NCBI GenBank assembly: GCA_964555345.1
Contig: CAZKRV010000002.1
Coordinates: forward strand, 8,417 to 42,246
DNA length: 33,830 nt
Source: an uncultured Bacteroides sp.
GTDB lineage: Bacteria; Bacteroidota; Bacteroidia; Bacteroidales; Muribaculaceae
Direction: 5' to 3'
The notes below the pieces were generated by a model. That model was not told where the DNA came from. It searched no databases and was given only the letters and a program-made list of their open reading frames with translations. How positions within the stretch are numbered: the first letter of the stretch is position 1; the number at the start of each line of letters is the position of its first letter. This document shows, piece by piece, positions 27,043-33,830 of the stretch. A program made the position numbers and the translations under genes.

Positions 27043-28425
27043 ATGAACACAGACAACGACGCTATGAGCATTGAAAATATAGACAGCGACTCCGGATTCA
27101 TCGTCAACGGGATAAACACCAACACGACCCCTATCATCAAAGTGGTGGGTGTGGGCGGCGGCGGCGGCAACGCCGTGGGCTACATGTATCGCCAAGGAGT
27201 GGAAAACGTGAAATTCGTGGTGGCCAACACCGACCTGCAGGCGCTGGAAAATTCGCCGGTGCCCGATCGTGTGCTTCTGGGTCACACCGGCCTCGGAGCA
27301 GGCAATAAGCCCGATGTGGCCTACTCGGCCGCTCAGGAGAGCATCGAAGCGATAGGCCATATGTTTGACGACACTACCAAAATGGCATTCATCACCGCAG
27401 GACTCGGCGGCGGCACCGGCACCGGTGCGGCTCCGGTAGTGGCGCAGGTGGCCAAGGAGCGCGGAGTGCTCACAATCGGCATCGTCACTATACCGTTCTT
27501 CTTCGAGGGCATGAAAAAGATCTCCAAGGCTCTCAAGGGTGCCAATGAGATGAGCAAATATGTCGACGCCCTGCTGCTGATCAACAACGAGCAGCTGATC
27601 AACATATATCCCGATCTGGACTTCGACTCGGCCTTCGACAAGGCCGATGACGTGCTCGCCACCGCCGCGCGCTCGATATCCGAACTGATCACCACGCGCG
27701 ACGCGCGAATCAATCTTGACTTCAACGACGTGGACTCCACGCTGCGCGACGGCGGCACCGCCATCATCTCCTGCGGATATGGCGAGGGAGAAAACCGCGT
27801 AGACATGGCAATACAGGATGCCCTGAACTCTCCACTGCTCAGCAACAAGGATATACTCGGCGCACAGAAGCTGCTCTTCAACCTCTATTACTCGCGCAAT
27901 GCCGAGCACCGCTTCCAGGCCAAGGAGATGTCGGCCTTCACTTCGTTTGTGAGCCATCTGCCCGGTGTCGACGTGATCTACGGCGTGGCCTATGACGAAT
28001 CATTGGGCGATAAGGTGAAAGTGACTATACTCGCCGCCGGATTTGATATGAAAGTAGCTGTAAGCGAACCACCGACTTCCGGCACAGTCATCAAGGGCAC
28101 ATCACCACTATCGCCAGTCGATAAGGTTGAAGATGATCCCGATATAATCAAAGTGGTCAAGGAAAACTACGGCCCGGACAAGGTGGCAGGCGTGCAGGCC
28201 ATGCAGGCCCGCAATCTCTATGTGATCCTGTCGAAATCGCAGCTCGACGATGACCGCATCATCGAAGGTCTGGAAAAATATCCGGCTTACAAGCGCACAA
28301 AGGAGATGAAGGCCCGCATATCTGACGGCACTACCGCCATATCTCAAGCGGCCACTCAGACCCGGCAGCAGGAACGCCCGGCCCAATCATCTGGCTCCTC
28401 ATCAGTCATCAACATCGAGGACTGA
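27043..28425 (+). CDS. ftsZ: Cell division GTPase FtsZ
   Basis: I use the internal ATG at 27043 (460 aa). It has IKVVGVGGGGGNAV, the tubulin signature GLGGGTGTGAAPV and NLDFNDV (T7 loop). A C-terminal YPAYKR peptide is followed by a 42-aa tail. Confidence 0.95.
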   Translation: MNTDNDAMSIENIDSDSGFIVNGINTNTTPIIKVVGVGGGGGNAVGYMYRQGVENVKFVVANTDLQALENSPVPDRVLLGHTGLGAGNKPDVAYSAAQESIEAIGHMFDDTTKMAFITAGLGGGTGTGAAPVVAQVAKERGVLTIGIVTIPFFFEGMKKISKALKGANEMSKYVDALLLINNEQLINIYPDLDFDSAFDKADDVLATAARSISELITTRDARINLDFNDVDSTLRDGGTAIISCGYGEGENRVDMAIQDALNSPLLSNKDILGAQKLLFNLYYSRNAEHRFQAKEMSAFTSFVSHLPGVDVIYGVAYDESLGDKVKVTILAAGFDMKVAVSEPPTSGTVIKGTSPLSPVDKVEDDPDIIKVVKENYGPDKVAGVQAMQARNLYVILSKSQLDDDRIIEGLEKYPAYKRTKEMKARISDGTTAISQAATQTRQQERPAQSSGSSSVINIED

Positions 28426-28952
28426 TGAAGCCGATATTCCTGATCGGATACATGGGTTGCGGAAAAACCACGCTCGGACGGGCAGTGGGCCGCATGGCCG
28501 ACATCAATTTCATTGATCTCGACAACTATATCGAAAACCGTTTCCACGCCACCGTGAGCCAGATCTTCAGCGAGCGGGGCGAGAGCGGTTTCCGTCGGCT
28601 GGAGCGCGCCATGCTCGAGGAGGTGGCCGGATTTGAGGACACGGTGATAGCCTGTGGCGGCGGCACCCCATGCTTTTTTGATAATATGGAACTTATGAAC
28701 TCGTGCGGCACAACGGTGTGGCTCAACACTCCGCGCGAGTGCATCTATGAGCGGCTGCGACGTAACCGCGCGCGCCGCCCGCTGCTTGCATCAAAATCAG
28801 ATGAAGAGCTGCGCGAGTTTATCGAAGGCGCGATGGACGCGCGCGAGCCGTTTTACTCACTTGCAGCATCACGGTTCAGCGGACTGGAGCTTGAAGACCG
28901 CCGCCAGATAGACCGCACAGCCGATGACTTTATAACCCGCTATCTGTCATGA
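28425..28952 (+). CDS. aroK: Shikimate kinase
   Basis: 175 aa with Walker A GYMGCGKTTLGR, the shikimate-binding DLD, CGGGTP and an RRPLL lid. Its start overlaps the ftsZ stop (TGATG). Confidence 0.9.
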   Translation: MKPIFLIGYMGCGKTTLGRAVGRMADINFIDLDNYIENRFHATVSQIFSERGESGFRRLERAMLEEVAGFEDTVIACGGGTPCFFDNMELMNSCGTTVWLNTPRECIYERLRRNRARRPLLASKSDEELREFIEGAMDAREPFYSLAASRFSGLELEDRRQIDRTADDFITRYLS

Positions 28953-30151
28953 CCACACAACAGATCACCCCAGACACTCTGCCCCTTCAGGCACTCTGCG
29001 CCAACGCGCACCAGCGCTTCACCATCGGCCTGCCCTCAGGATTGGGGCGGGGGGAACGCCGCTTTCCGCTCACACCCGAAGCTGCCGCCATGCTCGTGGA
29101 CCGCTCGCTCGAGGTGGTGATCGAGGAGGGAGCGGGAGCACCGATACATTACGGAGATGAAGCATATGCACGGGCGGGAGCGAGGATAGCCTCGCGCGGA
29201 GAGACGCTGCGGTGTGATCTCGTGATAAGCCTGGCTCCGCTCTCGGCGGCGGAAATCGGCACCATGCGGCGCGGCACGATGCTGCTCACGCTGGCTCCGT
29301 CGGTGACCCACGGTCCGCTGTCGAGCGCACGCGCGCTGCTGTCAGGCGGCATTGTGGCACTGGCGCTGGAGCGGATAGCCGATGACAACGGCAACCGCCG
29401 TGTGGCCGACATACTCCATGAAATCGACGGCTGCGCATCGCTGTCGATCGCGTCGGCTCTGCTCACCGACCCGATACACGGCAAGGGGATATTGCTCGGC
29501 GGGGTCACGGGCATCGTGCCCTGCGAGGTCACGGTGATCGGCTCAGGCATGGGAGCAATCGCAGCGGCCCATTGTGCACTCGGCATGGGGGCTACGGTAA
29601 GAATGTTTGACAACGATCTATACTCTCTGAGGCAGGCGGCACGCACGCTTGACCACAGAGTGATCACTTCGGCCATTCACCCTCACGTGTTTGAAGGAGC
29701 ACTGCGGTCGGCCGACGTAGTGATTGCCACGCCGCTCGACAAGGGGTATCGGTTTGAGGTCAGCGCGGAGCTTGTAGACCGCATGAAGCGGCGCGTACTG
29801 GTGTTTGACCTGAACCCATGTCCGGGCCACACGTTTCCGACGTTGCCGCTGTTTAATCTTGGAGAGATTGCGGAGAGGGAGCGCGCGGCGACCACGGAGC
29901 GGGCATGTTATTTCAACGTCGGGTGTCAGGTGCCGCGCACGGCGGCCATGGCGTTGAGCAATGCACTTGTGGCGCTGGCCGACAGATTGATGGAGGCGGC
30001 GGGAGGGCATTCACCCGAACACGTGCTGATGCAGATGCCGGGCACGCGCGCGGGGGCGCTGACCGTCTATGGGCGCGCTATCGATCCGGAACTCGCCGCG
30101 ATGCTCGGCGTGACGCCAATCGATGTCAATCTATTCACCAACCTCAGCTGA
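28949..30151 (+). CDS. Alanine dehydrogenase / pyridine nucleotide transhydrogenase (AlaDH/PNT) family protein, divergent
   Basis: 400 aa. The N-domain has GERRFPLTPEAAAML and VVIEEGAGAP. The Rossmann segment is VTVIGSGMGAIAAAHCALGMGATVRMFD. It is collinear by eye with AlaDH but carries substitutions at catalytic positions (see findings). Its ATG overlaps the aroK stop (ATGA). Confidence 0.7.
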   Translation: MTTQQITPDTLPLQALCANAHQRFTIGLPSGLGRGERRFPLTPEAAAMLVDRSLEVVIEEGAGAPIHYGDEAYARAGARIASRGETLRCDLVISLAPLSAAEIGTMRRGTMLLTLAPSVTHGPLSSARALLSGGIVALALERIADDNGNRRVADILHEIDGCASLSIASALLTDPIHGKGILLGGVTGIVPCEVTVIGSGMGAIAAAHCALGMGATVRMFDNDLYSLRQAARTLDHRVITSAIHPHVFEGALRSADVVIATPLDKGYRFEVSAELVDRMKRRVLVFDLNPCPGHTFPTLPLFNLGEIAERERAATTERACYFNVGCQVPRTAAMALSNALVALADRLMEAAGGHSPEHVLMQMPGTRAGALTVYGRAIDPELAAMLGVTPIDVNLFTNLS

Positions 30152-30162
30152 TCACGCGAGAT

Positions 30163-30810
30163 ATGGCAGCGAAAAGGAAATATTATGTGGTGTGGCAAGG
30201 GCTTGCTCCCGGCATTTATGATTCGTGGGACGAGGCTAAAGCACAAGTCGAGGGGGTGGCGGGAGCGCGCTACAAGGCGTTTACCGACATTGAGGAGGCA
30301 ACGAATGCCTTCCGCGGTTCGTATGAGGATCAGGCCACTCTGCTCATAGCACTGTCAAAGCGCCGGCAGGAGGCAATTAACGATTACAGCAGCTTCCCGG
30401 AGGTACGCACCGACGCGTGGGCCGTCGACGGCGCGTGCGCGTCAAATCCCGGGCCGATGGAATACCGGTGTGTGGAGGTGGCCACGGGGCGCGAGGTGTT
30501 TCATATGGGTCCGCTGGCAGGGGGCACAAACAATATCGGCGAGTATCTGGCGCTGGTTCATGCCCTGGCGCTCCTTGACAGACAGGGAAATCACACGACT
30601 CCGATCTATTCCGACAGCCGCACCGCACAGAGCTGGTTGCGCAAGCGCCACAGCAACACGAAGCTGGAGCCTACGGCGGAAAATGCCCGTGTGTTTGAGC
30701 TGCTTGAGCGGGCCAACCGATGGGTGATGACCCACCGGATCATCAATCCCGTGCTGAAGTGGGACACTGATCAGTGGGGGGAGATTCCCGCCGACTTCGG
30801 GCGCAAGTAA
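30163..30810 (+). CDS. rnhA: Ribonuclease H1 with N-terminal hybrid-binding (viroplasmin/Cauli_VI-like) domain
   Basis: I use the internal ATG at 30163 (215 aa). KYYVVWQGLAPGIYDSWDEAKAQVEGVAGARYKAF is the HBD. The catalytic core is WAVDGAC, NNIGEYLAL and IYSDSRTA, with a C-terminal KWDTDQWGEIPADFGRK as in Bacillus halodurans-type RNase H1. Confidence 0.85.
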   Translation: MAAKRKYYVVWQGLAPGIYDSWDEAKAQVEGVAGARYKAFTDIEEATNAFRGSYEDQATLLIALSKRRQEAINDYSSFPEVRTDAWAVDGACASNPGPMEYRCVEVATGREVFHMGPLAGGTNNIGEYLALVHALALLDRQGNHTTPIYSDSRTAQSWLRKRHSNTKLEPTAENARVFELLERANRWVMTHRIINPVLKWDTDQWGEIPADFGRK

Positions 30811-30817
30811 TCACGTA

Positions 30818-31357
30818 TCAGTTGGAAATCAGCGCATAGCGCGAATCAACGCCAAACAGCACCGTGTAGGGCCGCAGGGCGTAGGGGCGGTGGCCTTCGG
30901 CCGCGGGCCCCGACAGGGCTATGCCGTTGCCAATGCCGTTGATGCCAAACACATCGTAGGTGCTGCCGCACTTGGCGCAGCGTGCCACGTTGGTCTGACG
31001 GTCGACCGCGACGCGCACCTGCGGATCGCGCTCCACCGGGCAAGCCAAATCGAAAGCGCGGCGTTCGCCATATATGTCGCATGTGAGCAGCACTCCGCCA
31101 TAGCCGGCGGCGGCGATCATTGACCATTGATAGCCGGCAGGTTCATGGAGCTGGGGCACGAAGCGGCGGGCGTCGAGTGCGGCGTTCACGCCACAGGTAT
31201 TCCAATCGCCGATGGTGGTGAAAGGAATGTAGACTCGGGCGCGGGGGATGCGTTCGTCGTCGACATCGGTGGAGCAGCCACTCTGGGCCATAGCAAGCGC
31301 GGCGACCATTGCCATGGCCGCCGCGACTTTTATGATTGATCGGATTTTAGCCTTCAT
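30818..31357 (-). CDS. Putative lipoprotein with a degenerate Rieske-like domain
   Basis: 179 aa. The signal peptide ends in AQSGC and is followed by the acidic STDVDDE. AFDLACPVE-(17 aa)-CAKCGSTYD resembles the two Rieske ligand loops with the His positions replaced. Its start overlaps the upstream SRPBCC gene by 11 nt. Confidence 0.5.
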   Translation of the reverse strand: MKAKIRSIIKVAAAMAMVAALAMAQSGCSTDVDDERIPRARVYIPFTTIGDWNTCGVNAALDARRFVPQLHEPAGYQWSMIAAAGYGGVLLTCDIYGERRAFDLACPVERDPQVRVAVDRQTNVARCAKCGSTYDVFGINGIGNGIALSGPAAEGHRPYALRPYTVLFGVDSRYALISN

Positions 31358-31778
31358 AACCGTTGAGCCTGCCTATCATTTCGGCAAACTTGCCCGCGGC
31401 CTCCTTCATCTTGCCGCCGACCATGGGGCGGAGCATCATCGGGATCTCCACGTCGATTGAGGCGGTGAGCCCCGTAGCCTCGGCACCGGCTTCGGCCAGT
31501 TCCAGGATAAGCTGCAAGGGGACCATGCCGGTGTCGGCGCTCATGACCACCCGCTCGGGGGCCACGCGTTCGGTCACCTTGAACTCCACGCGTCCCAGTC
31601 CCGGGGCATTGATGGCAAAGGTGTCGGCATCGATGAACTCCACTTCGCCCACCTTGGCCAGGGCATCGGCGGGGAGAGACTCGAGGCGCTGCTGCAGGCC
31701 GCCCAGATCGCTCACGCGTTCATAGAGCGCGGTGCGGGCCATGGGCACAGTCACGGTGTTTCCGGTATATTTCGACAT
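31347..31778 (-). CDS. SRPBCC-superfamily protein (CoxG/polyketide cyclase-like fold)
   Basis: 143 aa. Its length and the alternating beta/long C-terminal helix pattern (GGKMKEAAGKFAEMIGRL) resemble CoxG-like SRPBCC proteins. It lies 13 nt downstream of pyrE. Confidence 0.55.
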   Translation of the reverse strand: MSKYTGNTVTVPMARTALYERVSDLGGLQQRLESLPADALAKVGEVEFIDADTFAINAPGLGRVEFKVTERVAPERVVMSADTGMVPLQLILELAEAGAEATGLTASIDVEIPMMLRPMVGGKMKEAAGKFAEMIGRLNGYEG

Positions 31779-31791
31779 TGTCTTTTCGTTC

Positions 31792-32430
31792 TTATTTCTT
31801 AGCGGTCCAGACCGAGGGATCCTCGCGCCATTCGCGGAGGGTTTCGATGTCTTCCTTGCGGATATAGTCGGTGGCGAGGGCGGCGTCGAGCATGGCGTTG
31901 TAGTTGCTCAGGGTGATCAGTTCCACGTTGGCGTCCTTGAATGCTTTCTGGGCTACGGGGAATCCGTAGGAGAACATGGCCACCATGCCCACGACTTCGC
32001 AGCCTGCGGCGCGTATGGCGGCCACAGCCTTGAGCGAGCTGCCGCCGGTGGAGATCAGGTCTTCAACGACCACGACTTTCTGGCCGGGACGCAGGTCGCC
32101 TTCGATCAGGTTTTCCAGACCGTGGTCCTTGGGGGTGGAGCGAACGTATACGTAGGGCAGGCCGAGAGTGTCGGCCACGAGTGCACCCTGGGCGATGGCA
32201 CCGGTTGCCACGCCAGCCACGGCAGTGGCCTGGGGGAAGTGTTCGAGAATGATCCGGCAGAGTTCAACTTTGATGAACGAGCGGATTTCGGGATATGAGA
32301 GGGTTACACGGTTATCGGTATAGATAGGCGAATTCCAGCCTGAAGCCCATGTGAAAGGGTTGTTGGGTTGCAATTTGATGGCGCTGACTTTCAGCAGTTT
32401 CTCCGCCAGAAGGGTGTCGAGCTGTTTCAT
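31792..32430 (-). CDS. pyrE: Orotate phosphoribosyltransferase
   Basis: 212 aa with the PRPP-binding motif VVVVEDLISTGGSSL, and with WASGWNSPIYTDNR and GVATGAI. Confidence 0.95.
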   Translation of the reverse strand: MKQLDTLLAEKLLKVSAIKLQPNNPFTWASGWNSPIYTDNRVTLSYPEIRSFIKVELCRIILEHFPQATAVAGVATGAIAQGALVADTLGLPYVYVRSTPKDHGLENLIEGDLRPGQKVVVVEDLISTGGSSLKAVAAIRAAGCEVVGMVAMFSYGFPVAQKAFKDANVELITLSNYNAMLDAALATDYIRKEDIETLREWREDPSVWTAKK

Positions 32431-32462
32431 TAGGTAAATGAGATTATGGGTGATTCAAGCCA

Positions 32463-32470
32463 CAAAGTTA
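32463..32470 (-). promoter_or_regulatory. Bacteroidota-type -7 promoter box TAACTTTG (minus strand), candidate pyrE operon promoter
   Basis: The reverse complement of CAAAGTTA at 32463-32470 is an exact TAnnTTTG match, 32 nt upstream of the pyrE ATG (32430). Confidence 0.45.
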
Positions 32471-32508
32471 AGCATTTTTCCGAAAATCCCCCAAATATTA
32501 CGTATGCT

Positions 32509-33774
32509 TCACAACATATAGTCATATACGGGTCTGACCGCTATGCTATAGCCGCCCTGCACTATATCCTCATGGTCATGATCGGTCAATAAGAGCAGGT
32601 TGTCGCATCCTGTTTTCTGAGCAGCCAGCAGCAGTCCTGCGATTTCCCGCTTCCTTGTCTTTTCCGATGAGATGTCGTAAGAGACCTGAACGGCAAGTAT
32701 GGTCTTGCGTCCGTCGCAGACCACAAAGTCACATTCGCCGGACCGTTCGCTATAATAATATATGTCACACCCCCGGCTCTTGTATTTCCGCAGCAGATCG
32801 AGATATACGATTGTTTCGAGGCGCCAGCCGAGATTTTCGCCGGCAAAGGCATCGTCTCTCCTATTCATGAGCGCTACGTCTATCGGATATATCTTCTCGC
32901 CCGAGATCCTAAGCCGGCTTTTCGGCGAATACTTGTGCAGCCCGACCAGCAGATAGGCTTGTTTGAGATAACTGAGATAGTTTTTGGCCGTGTGCGGTGA
33001 CCGCAGTCCAAACATATCCTGCAGAGTCTTATCCGACACAATGACCGGCGCCACGTTCAGCAGATGGTGTGACAATTGCTCGAATGCCGAAGTGTGGACA
33101 ATCCGGAAACGTTGCTCAATGTCGCGTTTCAGTATGTTGTTGACAAGATTGTCAATATAGGCTCTGTCATCATTGATGAATTGCAATTCTGGGAATCCTC
33201 CCTGACGCATATAGTCATCAAACGCGGCTCTGCGTGCCGCAATAGCTCTGGTAGCCATGGAATGGACATCTATCTCCTTGGCTTCGCAATATTCGGAAAA
33301 AGAAAAAGGATAGAGAGGTATGGAGTGATGACGTCCGGTGAGATGCGTTGCCAGTTCGCCACTGAGCAATTTTGCGTTAGATCCGGTTATGACGACGTGC
33401 ATCTGCTTACGTAACAGCCGATTTACGAACAGATACCATTCAGGTATATTCTGTATTTCATCGATGAAGAGATAATTGAAATCCCCATTTATCTTATATA
33501 GCACTTCCAACACGTCGTTGAGGTCATCACCGGTAAGGTGTATCAGCCGTTCGTCGTCAAAGTTGACATAGGCGAACTTTATTCCTTTCCGGGTCAGGGC
33601 ATTGTAGCATAGTGTTGACTTTCCGCTGCGTCTCACACCTATCACCACCTGAGCCTGAGAGCTTTTCAGGTCAATCTGATCTTCCTCCTTGCGTTTACAG
33701 AAGTGAATGGCTTTCTTGAGCGCCAGTTCTTCTGCCTGATCCGCAAGTATTGTTTCGAGTATTCTCTTGTCCAT
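32509..33774 (-). CDS. COG1373-type AAA+ ATPase with DUF4143 and a C-terminal PD-(D/E)xK-like module
   Basis: 421 aa with Walker A GVRRSGKST and Walker B LFIDEIQ. The central DUF4143-like region contains FEQLSHHLL and TAKNYLSYLKQAYLL. The C-terminus reads ECDFVV...AVQVSY, a nuclease-like E-x-D...Q-x-S/K pattern. GC content is visibly lower than in the rest of the window. Confidence 0.85.
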   Translation of the reverse strand: MDKRILETILADQAEELALKKAIHFCKRKEEDQIDLKSSQAQVVIGVRRSGKSTLCYNALTRKGIKFAYVNFDDERLIHLTGDDLNDVLEVLYKINGDFNYLFIDEIQNIPEWYLFVNRLLRKQMHVVITGSNAKLLSGELATHLTGRHHSIPLYPFSFSEYCEAKEIDVHSMATRAIAARRAAFDDYMRQGGFPELQFINDDRAYIDNLVNNILKRDIEQRFRIVHTSAFEQLSHHLLNVAPVIVSDKTLQDMFGLRSPHTAKNYLSYLKQAYLLVGLHKYSPKSRLRISGEKIYPIDVALMNRRDDAFAGENLGWRLETIVYLDLLRKYKSRGCDIYYYSERSGECDFVVCDGRKTILAVQVSYDISSEKTRKREIAGLLLAAQKTGCDNLLLLTDHDHEDIVQGGYSIAVRPVYDYML

Positions 33775-33793
33775 AAGTGCATATTATAGAGTG

Positions 33794-33801
33794 CAAAGAT
33801 A
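33794..33801 (-). promoter_or_regulatory. Bacteroidota-type -7 promoter box TATCTTTG (minus strand) upstream of the AAA ATPase gene
   Basis: The reverse complement of CAAAGATA is an exact TAnnTTTG match, 19 nt upstream of the ATG at 33774. It is flanked by the 7-bp inverted repeat AGTGCAT (33776-33782) / ATGCACT (33820-33826). Confidence 0.4.
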
Positions 33802-33830
33802 GTGATTATTTTCTGCAAAATGCACTATTT

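Noticed and set aside
14829-27957. Many long minus-strand ORFs lie antisense to dcw genes. Examples are 15285-16082 (265 aa), 16185-16667, 17106-17435, 19580-20518 (312 aa), 21217-21756, 22531-23403 (290 aa), 23796-24233, 25165-25668 and 27037-27957 (306 aa).
   Set aside because: Each is in the codon-aligned antisense frame of a confidently identified sense gene. For example, (20518-19574+1), (23403-22333+1), (27957-27043+1) and (16082-14646+1) are all multiples of 3. Stops in that frame require sense TTA/CTA/TCA codons, which are rare in this GC-rich genome, so long open shadows are expected. Their translations are His/Arg/Gly-rich with no recognisable motifs.
32474-32492. A possible hairpin ATTTT-CGG-AAAAT lies downstream of the DUF4143 gene stop (minus strand).
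   Set aside because: It has only 5 A-U pairs and a 3-nt loop with no GC stem, which is too weak to call an intrinsic terminator.
1-33830. I searched for tRNA, rRNA, CRISPR arrays, transposases, integrases, toxin-antitoxin pairs and long repeats.
   Set aside because: The intergenic spacers are almost all under 160 nt and contain no cloverleaf-like or repeat-spacer structure. No ORF has transposase/integrase motifs. Apart from the two 12-nt tandem repeats reported above, I did not see repeated sequence by eye. A computational self-alignment would be needed to exclude dispersed repeats.

Overview
This is a GC-rich chromosomal core segment of Bacteroidota (Bacteroidales-like) type. The phylum call rests on the T9SS sortase PorU, an FtsL-like gene followed by an FtsI with a PASTA domain, the hemD-like/rnpA/yidD/tatD gene order, and TAnnTTTG -7 promoter boxes. 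From left to right the window holds: (1) the 3' end of an RND efflux pump and its OMF lipoprotein; (2) on the minus strand, a RecD-like SF1 helicase, cysS, a DUF3467 gene and a lipoprotein; (3) an uninterrupted ~25 kb plus-strand array (5964-30810) made of a LolD-like ABC ATPase, porU, LOG, DUF4271, hemD-like, rnpA, yidD, a short tatD, a complete dcw cluster (rsmH-ftsL-ftsI-murE-mraY-murD-ftsW-murG-murC-ftsQ-ftsA-ftsZ), aroK, an AlaDH/PNT-like protein and RNase H1, many joined by 1-13 nt stop/start overlaps; (4) a minus-strand pyrE-SRPBCC-lipoprotein operon; (5) a lower-GC COG1373-type AAA ATPase (DUF4143) at the right edge. I saw no rRNA, tRNA, CRISPR array, transposase or integrase. This is an ordinary housekeeping window, and I did not find a convincing undescribed multi-gene system. 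The oddities most worth checking are: an AlaDH/PNT homolog that appears to lack the catalytic Lys/His; a Rieske-like lipoprotein with altered ligand positions; a perfect 12-nt tandem duplication inside a conserved helicase motif; a dcw cluster without mraZ that is extended past ftsZ by translationally coupled aroK/AlaDH-like/rnhA; and a compositional break at the DUF4143 ATPase. All family assignments come from motif recognition by eye, and no database search was run.
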